Source of the DNA: an uncultured Planctomycetota bacterium | Lineage (GTDB): Bacteria > Planctomycetota > Planctomycetia > Isosphaerales > Isosphaeraceae | DNA length: 64,000 bases | Direction of reading: 5' to 3' | Assembly (NCBI GenBank): GCA_963737655.1 | Contig: CAVTTN010000002.1 | Location: 5,408,001-5,472,000 of the forward strand | Shown: in pieces, positions 12,020-22,400 of the stretch | Position numbering within the stretch: position 1 is the first letter of the stretch | Layout of the letters: every line of letters starts with the position of its first letter | Translations under genes and position numbers: made by a program | Notes under the pieces: model-generated | The model's database searches: none | The model's input: the letters and a program-made list of their open reading frames with translations, nothing else | What the model was told of the DNA's origin: nothing

Positions 12020-14149
12020 ATGTCTGCTCTTCGATCCATGTCCGGATGCCTGCTCTTGCTGGCGTCGGCCTCGGCCCGGGCCGACGTGGCGGTGGACCTC
12101 TCGGGCTTTCGCGAGGATTCGGGCGTGACGGCCCGTCGCGAGGGGGAGAGGCTGATCATCGCCTGGCCGATGGGGGATGAGGACGGGCGGATCGTCCTGG
12201 ACCTTCGCCCCGGGCGGCCGTTGATCGCCTCTCTGGGCCGGTCTTCTCGCGATTCTCGTCGAGATTCCCCGATCTTGAAGGACGTCGATCCGGTCACCTA
12301 TGTGACGGTCGGTTCCCGGGTGAACCCGCCCGATCGGCCGCCTTCGATGAGCGTCTTCAACGTCTTCTTCGACTCTCCGGCGAAGCGTCCCCGGCAGCAA
12401 TTCCGGGCGAAGCTCGAGCCGACTCGCGCCCGCGTGACGTCTCGTCCGGGTCGCGCCTCGGTCTCGATCGACGGCGTGACCGCCGGGCCGTTCTCGGGAC
12501 GGTGGGAATTGACCGTATTCGCCGGATCGCGGCTGATCCGGATGGAAACCGTCGTCTCGACCGAGGAAAAGGATCGCGCATTCTTCTATGACGCCGGCCT
12601 GATCGCGTCGGACGCCCCGAAGGCGTTCGCCTGGTTCGACGCCGAGGGCCGATTCCAGCGGAGGTCACACCCCCCGGATTCGCCGATCGCGGTCCGCCAT
12701 CGGGCGGTCGTCGCCGAGACGGAGGGCGGGTCGATCGCGTGCTTCCCGCCGCCTCATCAATTCTTCTATCCTCGCGATTATACCGACAATCAGCAGACCG
12801 TCTGGATCGGCAAGAACCCGAGGGACCTCGACGATTCCCGGGGGTTTGGGGTCCGCCAGACCGAGTCCGGCGGCGGCAGCTATTCGCCGTGGTTCAACGC
12901 CCCGCCGGGCACCGAGCAGCGACTCGGCGTGTTCTACCTGATCGACCGGGGGCCGGCCGAGACAACCCTGGAAAACGTGTTGAAATTCACCCACGGCGAT
13001 CGGTTCCCCGACCTCCCGGGCCGGAAGACGTTCACCAGCCACTGGCACATGGCCGTGACCGTCGCCGCGATGGACGAGGAGGCGAAGGGGAAGGACCGAT
13101 CGCCTCGCGATTTCGTGAAGATGTTCGAGGCCATGAACGTCAACGCCGTCCACCTCGCCGAGTTCCACGGCGACGGCCACCCGCAGGACCCCGGCCCCTT
13201 GCGCCTGCCCGAGATGGCCGCGATGTTCGCCGAGTGCCGCCGGCTCTCGGACGATCACACGCTGTTCCTCCCCGGCGAGGAGGCCAACGCGAACCTGACC
13301 ACCGGCCGGCCCGGCCAGCACACCGGCCACTGGCTGTACCTCTTCCCCCGGCCCGTCTCGTGGACGATGGCCCGCAAGCCCGGCCAGCCGTTCGAGGAGA
13401 TCGACCCGACGTTCGGCAAGGTCTATCACGTCGGCTCGCGCGACGACGTGTTCCGACTCCTGGAAACCGAGCACGGCCTCGCCTGGACGGCCCATGCCCG
13501 GATCAAGGCGTCGAACTGGACGCCCGACGCCTACAAGGATGAAGAATTCTTCCGATCCCCGGTCTGGCTGGGCGCCGCATGGAAGGCCATGCCGGCCGAC
13601 CTCTCGCTCGGCCGCCTGGGAGAGCGGGCGCTGGACCTCCTGGACGACATGGCCAACTGGGGCGCGAAGAAATACGTCCTCGGCGAGGTGGACGTGTTCA
13701 AGATCGATCATTCGCACGAGCTTTACGGCCACATGAACGTCAATTATCTGAAGCTCGATCGCATGCCGAAATTCGACGAGGACTGGTCGCCGGTACTCGA
13801 CGCCCTCCGTCGCGGCAAGTTCTTCGTGACGACCGGCGAGGTCCTGTTGACCGAGTTCACCGTCGGCGGCAAGGAGAGCGGCGAGACCCTCGAACGCTCG
13901 GAAAGTCGCGAACTCCGAGTCTCGCTCGAATGGACCTTCCCGATGAGCTTCGCGGAGGTCGTCTCGGGAGACGGGTCGAAGGTCTACCGAGAACGGATCG
14001 ACCTCTCGGACACGCCCGCGTTCGGCAAGAAGACGTGGACGCTCCGCCCCGACCTTGCGAAACGCAACTGGGTCAGGATCGAGGCGTGGGACGTGGCGGC
14101 CAACGGGGCATTCTCCGAGCCGGTGTGGCTGAAGTCGGGGGGGCGGTAG
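12020..14149 (+). CDS. Secreted protein with C-terminal PHP-like metallohydrolase domain
   Basis: Signal peptide; SHWH, HLAEFHGDGH, PGEE, GHW, AHAR, LDALRRGKFFVTTG. Confidence 0.7.
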   Translation: MSALRSMSGCLLLLASASARADVAVDLSGFREDSGVTARREGERLIIAWPMGDEDGRIVLDLRPGRPLIASLGRSSRDSRRDSPILKDVDPVTYVTVGSRVNPPDRPPSMSVFNVFFDSPAKRPRQQFRAKLEPTRARVTSRPGRASVSIDGVTAGPFSGRWELTVFAGSRLIRMETVVSTEEKDRAFFYDAGLIASDAPKAFAWFDAEGRFQRRSHPPDSPIAVRHRAVVAETEGGSIACFPPPHQFFYPRDYTDNQQTVWIGKNPRDLDDSRGFGVRQTESGGGSYSPWFNAPPGTEQRLGVFYLIDRGPAETTLENVLKFTHGDRFPDLPGRKTFTSHWHMAVTVAAMDEEAKGKDRSPRDFVKMFEAMNVNAVHLAEFHGDGHPQDPGPLRLPEMAAMFAECRRLSDDHTLFLPGEEANANLTTGRPGQHTGHWLYLFPRPVSWTMARKPGQPFEEIDPTFGKVYHVGSRDDVFRLLETEHGLAWTAHARIKASNWTPDAYKDEEFFRSPVWLGAAWKAMPADLSLGRLGERALDLLDDMANWGAKKYVLGEVDVFKIDHSHELYGHMNVNYLKLDRMPKFDEDWSPVLDALRRGKFFVTTGEVLLTEFTVGGKESGETLERSESRELRVSLEWTFPMSFAEVVSGDGSKVYRERIDLSDTPAFGKKTWTLRPDLAKRNWVRIEAWDVAANGAFSEPVWLKSGGR

Positions 14150-14303
14150 CGACGAGGCAACTCGACCCGGGGACTGGTCGGTCCGGCGCCTTCCGACTAT
14201 GCTGGAGGGGCGGGAGGGGGAATTCCTCGGCCGAGGGCGGCGTCGGCTTCGGCGGGCTGGGATCGCCGTCCGTCCGCTGTCGCTTACCGATGCCCGAGGG
14301 CCG

Positions 14304-14933
14304 ATGACGACCCCCGACCCGCCCGCCGATCCCTGGGAAGCCCGCGTCCGCGAAGGGGACCGCTCCGCGATGGCGGCGCTGTTCGCCGAGCATTCGGTGA
14401 GGCTCCGTCGCTGGGTGGAGGTGCGGCTCGACCCGAGGCTCCGAGGCCGGTTGTCGCCCTCGGACGTGTTGCAGGAAGTCTTCATCGCCGCCCAGCAGAG
14501 GATGGAGCACTTTCGCGGCCTGCCCGAGATGCCGTTCCGCGTCTGGATTCGCCTCCTGGCCGACCAGAGGCTGGCGGAGGTCCACCGCCGCCACCTGGGG
14601 GCCCAGGCTCGCGATGCCGGCCTCGAAGTGACGGCCCGATCCGGCGGGTCGTCGAGCCAGGGACTCGCCGCCCGCCTCGCCGCCGATTTGACCTCGCCCA
14701 GCGGAGCCGCCGTGAGGCGGGAGACCGTCGAGATCCTCGTCAAGACCGTCGAGGCGATGGAGCCGATCGACCGCGAAGTCTTGACTCTCCGCCACTTCGA
14801 GGAGATGACCAACGACGAGGTCGCGCAGGTCCTGAATTTGCCCAAGGGCACGGCCAGCAAGCGGTACATTCGCGCCCTGACCCGGCTCCGCGAGGCGCTG
14901 GAAGGCGTGCCCGGGCTGTTCGATCCGTCCTGA
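14304..14933 (+). CDS. ECF sigma-70 factor (planctomycete kinase-associated type)
   Basis: RLDPRLRGRLSPSDVLQE, RHLGAQARDA.LE, TSPS, DREVLTLRHFEEMTNDEVAQVL..RYIRAL. Confidence 0.93.
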   Translation: MTTPDPPADPWEARVREGDRSAMAALFAEHSVRLRRWVEVRLDPRLRGRLSPSDVLQEVFIAAQQRMEHFRGLPEMPFRVWIRLLADQRLAEVHRRHLGAQARDAGLEVTARSGGSSSQGLAARLAADLTSPSGAAVRRETVEILVKTVEAMEPIDREVLTLRHFEEMTNDEVAQVLNLPKGTASKRYIRALTRLREALEGVPGLFDPS

Positions 14934-14970
14934 TCCGGTTTTTCCCGATCCGATCGCGAGGTCTGGCGCC

Positions 14971-16305
14971 ATGATCGCCGTCTCGAACGACTTCGAGGAA
15001 AGCGACGAGCGAGAGCCGATCGACCTGCTCGCCGAGGAGTTCGCCGACCGCTGGCGACGCGGCGAGAGGCCGGACGTCGAGGATTATGCCGCGAAGCACC
15101 CCGACCTCGCCGAATCGATCCGCAAGCTGTTCCCGGCGATCGCGTTCCTCGAAGGAGGGAAGCTGGCGAGGGCCCTTTCGGGACGGTCGTCGTCGTCTCG
15201 CCCTCGCACCTTGCCGGATTCGCCGCCGGTTGAGCGCCTGGGAGAGAACCGGATCGTCCGGGAGATCGGGCGGGGAGGGATGGGGGTCGTCTACGAGGCC
15301 GAGCAGGAGCCGTTGGGACGGCGGGTCGCGGTGAAAGTCCTGCTCGGTCACGCCTCGGCCGACCCCAAGGGCCGGGAGCGGTTCATCCGCGAGGCCCACG
15401 CCCTGGCGAAGCTCCGCCACCCGAACATCGTGGCGATCCATTCCGTCGGCGAGCAGGACGGGCGGCCCTATTACGTGATGCCCCTGATCGACGGGACGAG
15501 CCTCGATCGCGTGATCGCCGACGATCGCGGCTCCGACTCGACCGACCACGTCCGATGGGTCGCGAGCATCGGGGCCCAGGCGGCCGAGGCGCTCGCCTAT
15601 GCCCACAAGCAGGGCGTCTTGCATCGCGACGTGAAACCGGCGAACCTCCTGATCGACGACTCGGGGACCGTCTGCCTCGCGGACTTCGGCCTGGCCCGCC
15701 TGGCCGATGACCTCTCGCTGACGGCCACCGGCGAGATGCCGGGGACGCTTCGCTACCTCGCCCCGGAATGCCTCGACGGCGACGGCGACGAGAGGGCCGA
15801 CGTCTACGGCCTGGGCCTGACCCTGTATGAATTGCTCGCCGGCCGACCCGCGTTCGCCGGGACGAATCGGGCGAGGCTGATCCGCGAGATCGCCGAGAAG
15901 ACGCCCGAGCCGCTTCGGTCTCTCGTGCCGACGATCCCGAGAGACCTGGAGACGATCGTGCTCAAGGCGATCGCCCGGGGCGCCTCGGCCCGATACGCGA
16001 CAGCCCAGGACATGGCCGACGACCTCCGCCGGTTCCTCCGAGGCGAGCCGATCCAGGCGAGGCGGGCCTCGCCGATCGACCGGACGGCGGAGGCCGTCCG
16101 ACGATCCCCGGCGACGGCCGCCCTGGCCGTCGCGACGGCGATCCTCGCCGTGATCGCGGCGTACTTCGTGGGCCTGTACCTAATGGCCCCGCCCCGCCCC
16201 GAGGACGGCCCGCCGCTCCGCCGGCCGCTCCCCCCGCCCCACCGGCCCGAGTTCGGCCCCCCGCCTCCGTTCCCCCCCCAAGGGCCGGGACCGCCGAGGT
16301 CGTGA
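14971..16305 (+). CDS. Serine/threonine protein kinase, one TM, Pro-rich C-terminal tail
   Basis: IGRGGMGVVY, VAVK, HRDVKPAN, DFGLA, GTLRYLAPE; TM ALAVATAILAVIAAYFVGLYL. Confidence 0.95.
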   Translation: MIAVSNDFEESDEREPIDLLAEEFADRWRRGERPDVEDYAAKHPDLAESIRKLFPAIAFLEGGKLARALSGRSSSSRPRTLPDSPPVERLGENRIVREIGRGGMGVVYEAEQEPLGRRVAVKVLLGHASADPKGRERFIREAHALAKLRHPNIVAIHSVGEQDGRPYYVMPLIDGTSLDRVIADDRGSDSTDHVRWVASIGAQAAEALAYAHKQGVLHRDVKPANLLIDDSGTVCLADFGLARLADDLSLTATGEMPGTLRYLAPECLDGDGDERADVYGLGLTLYELLAGRPAFAGTNRARLIREIAEKTPEPLRSLVPTIPRDLETIVLKAIARGASARYATAQDMADDLRRFLRGEPIQARRASPIDRTAEAVRRSPATAALAVATAILAVIAAYFVGLYLMAPPRPEDGPPLRRPLPPPHRPEFGPPPPFPPQGPGPPRS

Positions 16306-16445
16306 GCAGGACGAAGACGAAAACGTGGCCGCGGGGCCACGATCCGGGAAAATGCATGAGGGGGTTGTCCACGGGAGCGGGGGCTTCGCGTTTCCAGAGG
16401 TCAGACGAGAGGATTCCGTCCGCTCTCCTGGCCTCGGAGGATCGC

Positions 16446-17437
16446 ATGTTCCCGCTTCCCATCCCCCGGGCGACCCGCCGACGCGTCGCCTTGCTCTCCC
16501 TGGGCCTCGGCCTGGCCGGCGCCGGGGCGGCGACGCTCTGGGCGGCTCCCCAGGATGACGCGCCGGCCCGCCCTCCGGCCAGACGCCCCGGCGGGCCTCC
16601 GCCCCCTCCGGTGATGAAGGTCCTGGACAGGGACGGCGACGGCACCCTCTCGGCCGACGAGATCAAGGCCGCGTCCCGGGCGTTGCTGACGCTCGACAAG
16701 GACAAGGACGGCAAGCTCAGCCGGGCCGAGCTCCGGCCATCCCCCTCCGAGGCCCCTCCGAGGCCCGACGGCCCGCCTCCTCCGCCTCCGCCGGACGGCG
16801 AGGACGACCGCCCCGCGCCTCCGCCTCCGCCAGAAGGCCCTCCTCGCTTCGAGGACGGGGCGGGCGACCCGGCGGATGACCCGGCGATCGACGAAATGGC
16901 CGAGGAGCTCGGCTTCGCCCAGGACGGGCCCCAGGGGCCTCCGCCGAGGCGTCGCCGATCCACGGCCCCGCCCCCGCCCCCGCCCGCGGAGGATGAGGGG
17001 GAGGACGACGCCCCGCCGCCTCGGGCCCGCCGGGGCGAAGGCCCGCCCCCGGGAGGCCCCGACGGCCCCCCTCCGGCCCGAGGCTCGCGGCGCCCCGCCG
17101 GGCCCGGACCCGACGCCCAGGACGAGGGCCCGCCTCCGCCGGGTGGTCCGGGCGGACCCGGGCGAGGCGGCCCGGGAGGAGGCCCGCCGCCCCCTCCGGT
17201 GATGAAGGTCCTGGACAAGGACGGCGATGGGGCCCTCTCCGCCGACGAGATCAAGGCCGCGTCCCGGGCGCTGCTGACGCTCGACAAGGACAAGGACGGC
17301 AAGCTCAGCCGGGCCGAGCTCCGCCCCCGGCGCCCGGGCCCCGGAGGACCGCCTCCTCCGGGGGGGAAGCCGACGGCCCTCCGCCTCGCCAGGGCCCTGG
17401 CCCCGGAGGCCCGCCGGGTCGTCGGCCGGGTCGCTGA
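16446..17437 (+). CDS. Secreted Pro/Gly-rich EF-hand protein, apparent -1 frameshift in G-run at ~17360-17367
   Basis: GGAGG RBS; signal peptide; two copies of D(R/K)DGDG.LSADE..DKDKDGKLSRAE; adding one G gives ...GEADGPPPRQGPGPGGPPGRRPGR-stop. Confidence 0.82.
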
Positions 17438-17468
17438 GGTCCGGCGAACGGCCGGAGCCTCATCCTGG

Positions 17469-17552
17469 GGCATGCCCATGTCTTCGTGGGCATCTCCTCA
17501 CCGAAATTTTATGCACCTAGAACATGCCCACGTCTTCGTGGGCATGCCGCCC
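17469..17552. repeat. GGGTGGCA-family palindrome pair (degenerate)
   Basis: Two CATGCCCAY-GTCTTC-GTGGGCAT hairpins. Confidence 0.75.
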
Positions 17553-17743
17553 GGGATCGCGCCCTTCCCGCGACCGGCCCAGCTCACTTCGTCGGTCGGC
17601 TTTCCCGACCTGGCTTCGAAGGATTCTCTTCAAGGCCCCGGGCCCCGGGGTCGCCGTCCGCCGTGCGGACTTCGCCGGCGGTCGTTCGGGTCCGTCCCGG
17701 CCCTCCGTGAGAGGGCCGATGTCCCTCTTGGGAGAACGTCCCC

Positions 17744-19027
17744 ATGCGTCCGACTCGTCTCGCTCGCAGTCTCGGCGCCGCGGCCCTCGTCCTGACGATG
17801 GCCGCCTTGATGGGCCAGGGCCCTCCGGGGGGCGGCCGTCCCGGCCCTCCTCCTCCGCCTCAGGGCCCGCCGCCTCCGCCCTCGGCCCCGCCTCCTCCTC
17901 CGCCCGCTCCGGCCCCTCCCTTGCCGCCGGCGCTGGGCGACCCCTTGCCGGGTCTGAGCAACTCGCTGATGACCCGGTTCTCGGCGGGCAAGGCGCAATT
18001 CCTCGAGGTCGAGGATGTGCCCGGCGGCCTCGGCCCGGTCTTCACCGAGTCTTCGTGCGTCCAGTGCCACTCCGCGGGGGCCGTGGGCGGGGCCGGAGTC
18101 CGGCTCGTGACCCGGTTCGCCCGGATCACCAATGGCCAGTTCGACCCGATGGTCGAGTTCGGCGGCCCCCAGCTTCAGGACCGGGGGATCGGCAAGTTCA
18201 ACGGCGTGAACTTCGTGGGTGAGGTCGTCCCCAAGACGGCGACCATCGTCGCCCAGAGGCGGACGATCCCCCTCTTCGGGCTCGGCCTGGTCGATGCCGT
18301 CCCCGATAACGCCCTGCTCGCCGTGGCCCAGCGGGAGATGGCCAACAACCCGAGTACCGCCGGCCGGGCGAACTTCGGGACCGACCCGCTGACCGGCGCC
18401 CGCCGAGTCAACCGCTTCGGCTGGAAGGCCCAGCAGCCGACCGTCTTCGCCTTCGCCGGGGACGCCTATTTGAACGAACTCGGCGTGACCGCCCCGCGGA
18501 CGCCGGACGAGAATTGCCCGCAAGGCCAGTGCAACCTCCTGGCGGCGAACCCGGCGGCGAGCAACCCGAACGACGGGGACGAGACCTCGGTCTCGGCCCT
18601 GGCCGATTTCATCACGTACCTCGCCCCTCCGTCGCGAGGCCCCGTCTTCGGCGACGTGGCCGCCGGCCAGGCCCTGTTCGCCCAGGTCGGCTGCACCGAT
18701 TGCCACCACCCGAGCTACCAGACCGGGCCGAGCACCACCCCGGCCCTCAACGGGATGGTCTTCTCCCCCTACTCCGACTTCCTCCTCCACGACATGGGGC
18801 CGCTGGGAGACGGCATGGTCCAGTCCGGGGCCGGCGCGACCGAGATCCGGACGGCCCCGCTCTGGGGTCTGCGGTTCGAGCCCTCGTACCTCCACGACGG
18901 CCGGGCCCCGACGGTCTCCGCCGCCATCCTCGCCCACGACGGCCAGGCCAGGGCGTCGCGAAACCGGTTCGCGGCCCTGAACAAGACCCAGCAAGCCCAG
19001 CTCCTGGCCTTCCTCAACTCGCTCTGA
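17744..19027 (+). CDS. Di-heme oxidoreductase family protein (DHOR/DUF1111-like)
   Basis: GLGPVF..SCVQCH, LFGLGLVDAV, RFGWKA, GCTDCH, YSDFLLHDMG, RTAPLWG, YLHDGRA; signal peptide and Pro-rich linker. Confidence 0.92.
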   Translation: MRPTRLARSLGAAALVLTMAALMGQGPPGGGRPGPPPPPQGPPPPPSAPPPPPPAPAPPLPPALGDPLPGLSNSLMTRFSAGKAQFLEVEDVPGGLGPVFTESSCVQCHSAGAVGGAGVRLVTRFARITNGQFDPMVEFGGPQLQDRGIGKFNGVNFVGEVVPKTATIVAQRRTIPLFGLGLVDAVPDNALLAVAQREMANNPSTAGRANFGTDPLTGARRVNRFGWKAQQPTVFAFAGDAYLNELGVTAPRTPDENCPQGQCNLLAANPAASNPNDGDETSVSALADFITYLAPPSRGPVFGDVAAGQALFAQVGCTDCHHPSYQTGPSTTPALNGMVFSPYSDFLLHDMGPLGDGMVQSGAGATEIRTAPLWGLRFEPSYLHDGRAPTVSAAILAHDGQARASRNRFAALNKTQQAQLLAFLNSL

Positions 19028-19083
19028 CACGGACGGATGCCCCGTCTCGAGGCGAAGTCACGAGGGCCGGGGCGTCGCTTCTT

Positions 19084-19121
19084 CTCAGCACTCAGCACTC
19101 AGCACTCCGAGGCACTCGGCA
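19084..19121. repeat. Tandem heptamer (CTCAGCA)x3 plus degenerate units
   Basis: ctcagca ctcagca ctcagca ctc cgaggca ctcggca. Confidence 0.75.
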
Positions 19122-19468
19122 CGGGACGAGACAAGGACGTCTCTCCTCGCCGACGGCTTGAGCCGCCTCCGGGGGGGTTCGGTTGTCGTCGGCCTCGGGT
19201 CCGTCCGGGAGGCCGATCGGAGGCGGCGGAGGCGGCTGCGGAACGGGGGCTCGGGGACGATTCTCGGATCGATGCGGTTGGCGTCCAACGGCGGATAGCT
19301 CCTGGGACTCGGGAAGGGCGTCGCATCGTCCTCTTCCGGCGAGGTCCGGTTCGACGCCCCAGGCCTGCACGAGCTACCATCGCGAGCGGAGGCCCTCGGC
19401 GATCGCCCGATCGGCGGAGAGGCCGCGAACCGACACGCGAACCGGCCCGAGCGGGCCTGTCGATGGTC

Positions 19469-22400
19469 CTACTTCTTGGATTTGGCCTCCGCCGATTTCA
19501 AGAGCCGGTCCAGCTCGTCCCAGAGGTTCCGCCAGTCGGCCCTCTCGGCCTCGGGGAGCTTCGCCAGGGCCTCGGGGTCGCGGACCCCGGCGAGGTCGGG
19601 GTCGGTCCGCCAGAACCGGAGCCTCTGCGCGGTCGTCGCCGCGGCCTTGGGGTCGGACTCCAGGAGCTTCGCCCAGGAGTCCAGGTCGTCGCGGAGCCAG
19701 CCCAGGGCCCGGAGCCTCAGCGCGTCCCGGGCGGAGTCGTCGGGCTTCGGGTCGTCCTTGCCTTGCCCGCACCCGGCCAGGGCGGCGGCGCAGGCGGCGT
19801 TGTAACGATGGACCCGGCGAGGATCGGCGGCGAGCTTCGGGTCGGCCGCCAGCGCCTCGCCCTCGAGCCGGGCGGCGGCGGCGAAGCGTCTGGTCTCGAC
19901 GGCCATCGTGGCGAAGTCGAGCCGCTCGGCATTGTCGGCCGGCTCGGCCCGGCCGCCCAGGACCTCCGGCAGGCGGTCGGCCAGCCGGGCGAACCGCTCG
20001 CACTGGGCGAGCCACTGGGCCGACGGATACGGCCAGTCGGGCTGCTTTGTGCCGAACTTGTGCCCCTCACGGATCGCCAGGAGCGCCCCGGCGAACTCGC
20101 CCTGGCGCCGGAGGACTCGCGAGAGGTTGCAGTAGGCCTCGGCGAAATCGGCCCGGATGCGGGCCGCCTCCCGGTAGGAGGCCGCGGCGCCGGCGAGGTC
20201 GCCCGCGTCCGTCAGGGCATTGGCGAGGATGAATCGGGCGTGGGCGTACCCGGGATCGAGCTCGACCGCCCTGGCGCCCTCGGCGACGGCCCCGGCCGTG
20301 TCGCCCAACTGGAGCAAGTTCACGCTCAGGTTCATGTGATGCCTGGCGTACCTGGGTTCGAGCCGGGCGGCCTCGGCGTAGGCCCGGGCGGCGCCGGCCG
20401 GGTCGCGCGACTCGTACAATTCGAAGCCCAGTTTCGAATAGGCCTCGGCGTAGTCGGGCTGAAGGCGCGTCGCCTCGCGATACGCCTCGGTCGCCCCGGG
20501 CCTGTCGCCCGCCTCGCGGAGGGTGTCTCCCAGCTCGAGGCGGAATCGGGCCAGGCCGGGGGCGAGTTCGATGGCCTGTCGCAGGGCGGCCAGGGCCCCG
20601 GCGGGGTCCTTCTTCTGGCGGAGGACGGCCGCGAGATTGGCGGGGCCCCAGGCGTCCTCTTGGTCGAGGAGCATGGCCTCGCGGAAGGCGGCCTCGGCGC
20701 CGTCGAGGTCGCCCGAGACGTTCAGGGCATAGCCGAGCCAGACGCGGGTGCTGGCGGAATCGGGCGCGAGCCGGACCGCCTCGCGACACTCGGCGACCGC
20801 CCCGGCCCGATCGCCCGAGGCGATCAGGGCCCAGCCCAGTTCCCCCCGGGCCAGGGCGCTGTCGGGACGGATCGCCACGGCGGCCGTCAGGAAGCGCACG
20901 GCCTCCGTGGCGCGGGGGTAGAGCTGCTGAGGCGTCCCGGCCCCCTGGCCCGGGACGTCGGCGAGCCCGATGTTGACCCAGAAGTCGCCCGGGAACCGCC
21001 GCCAGGCCCGCCGCAAGACCGCCTCCGCGCGCACCGCGTCGCCCACGTTCGTGAGCTGCCGAGCGAGGAGGAGCAGGCTGGCCGCGGGCTGAGCATCCAG
21101 GCTCCGGGCGTCGTCGGCCAGGGCGTGGAAGACCGCGGCGGCCGTCTCGTCGCGGGCCGCGAGCTTCGCCCTCAGGGCGTCGCGCCACGGGTCGTCGTCG
21201 GCCGACCGCGCCGCGTCCACCAGCCGCCGCCAGGCCGCCTCGGGACGACTGGCCTTGTCGCGGGCCCAGATCCAGTCGTCGAGGTAGGCGATCAGCTCGT
21301 CCGGAGCGGTCCGCCCCCGGACCCACTTCCCGGCCGCCGACGGATCGACGGAGTCGATGTCCAGCCCGGCGGCGCGGAAGGCCGCCGCGTACGCGACGTC
21401 GGTCCGCCTCAAGTCGCCCGCCCGTCCCGCCTCGGCCCGGATCGCTTCCAGGATGTCCAGGAACTTGCGATCGGCCTCGACCTCGTGCCGCCGCGCCTCC
21501 AGCTCGGCGACCCTCCCGGCCACGCGCCTCCTCAGCGGCTCGTCGGCCTCGCCCTGGGCCAGCAGGCCTTCGGCCCGTCTCGCGGCGTCGAGGGCCGCGG
21601 CCCATTTGACCGGGTCGCCGCGCTCGCCGTTGGCCTCGCCGGCCAGCCGGGACGCATCGGCCAGGGCCCCATCGACGGCCCGGGTCGTGCGCTCGACCCG
21701 CCCGGCCCTCTGCGACCGGGCCCAGGCCAGCCCGCCCGCCCCGGCGGCGATCAAGACCACGGCCGCCGCGGCGGCCACGGTCGTCATCCGCCTGCGGGCC
21801 CTCTCCTCGACGCTCGCCAGCTCGGCCTTCCTGAGCCGCTCCTGGACCCCGGCGAGGTGGGCCGCGACCCGCTCGCTGACGGCCCCGGCGTCGCGCGGGC
21901 GGTCCTCGGCCTCGGCCTCCAGGCAAGCCCGGGCCAGCCCGACGAGCCCGTCGTCGATCCCGCCGGCGGCGAGCCGGGCCAGGGCGTCGGCCGTCTCGCC
22001 CCGGGCCGCCTTTCGGAGGATCTCGCCCTGGGACCGCCCCACGAACGCCGGGCGGCCGGTCAGGAGCTCGCAGAGGATCGACCCCAGCGCGAAGACGTCG
22101 GCCCTCTCGTCGATCGCCTCGACCTCGCCTCGGGCCTGCTCCGGGGCCATGTAGCTGGGCGTCCCCATCGCCGAGCCGGCCCGCGACTGGTCGGAGTCCG
22201 CGCCCCCGCTCGAACGGGCCGTGGCCACGACCGTCTCGGGCTCGGCCGGACGCCCGGCCCGGACGTCGTCCTCGGCCCCCCCTCGGCGGAGGACCTTGGC
22301 GAGGCCCCAGTCCATCACCTGGACCTCGCCGAACGCCCCGACCATCACGTTCGACGGCTTCAAATCGCGGTGGATCACGCCCCGGGCGTGGGCATAGGCC

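Noticed and set aside
19085..19370. Small minus-strand ORFs between DHOR and kinase
   Set aside because: Several competing frames, low complexity, ends formed by the heptamer repeat.
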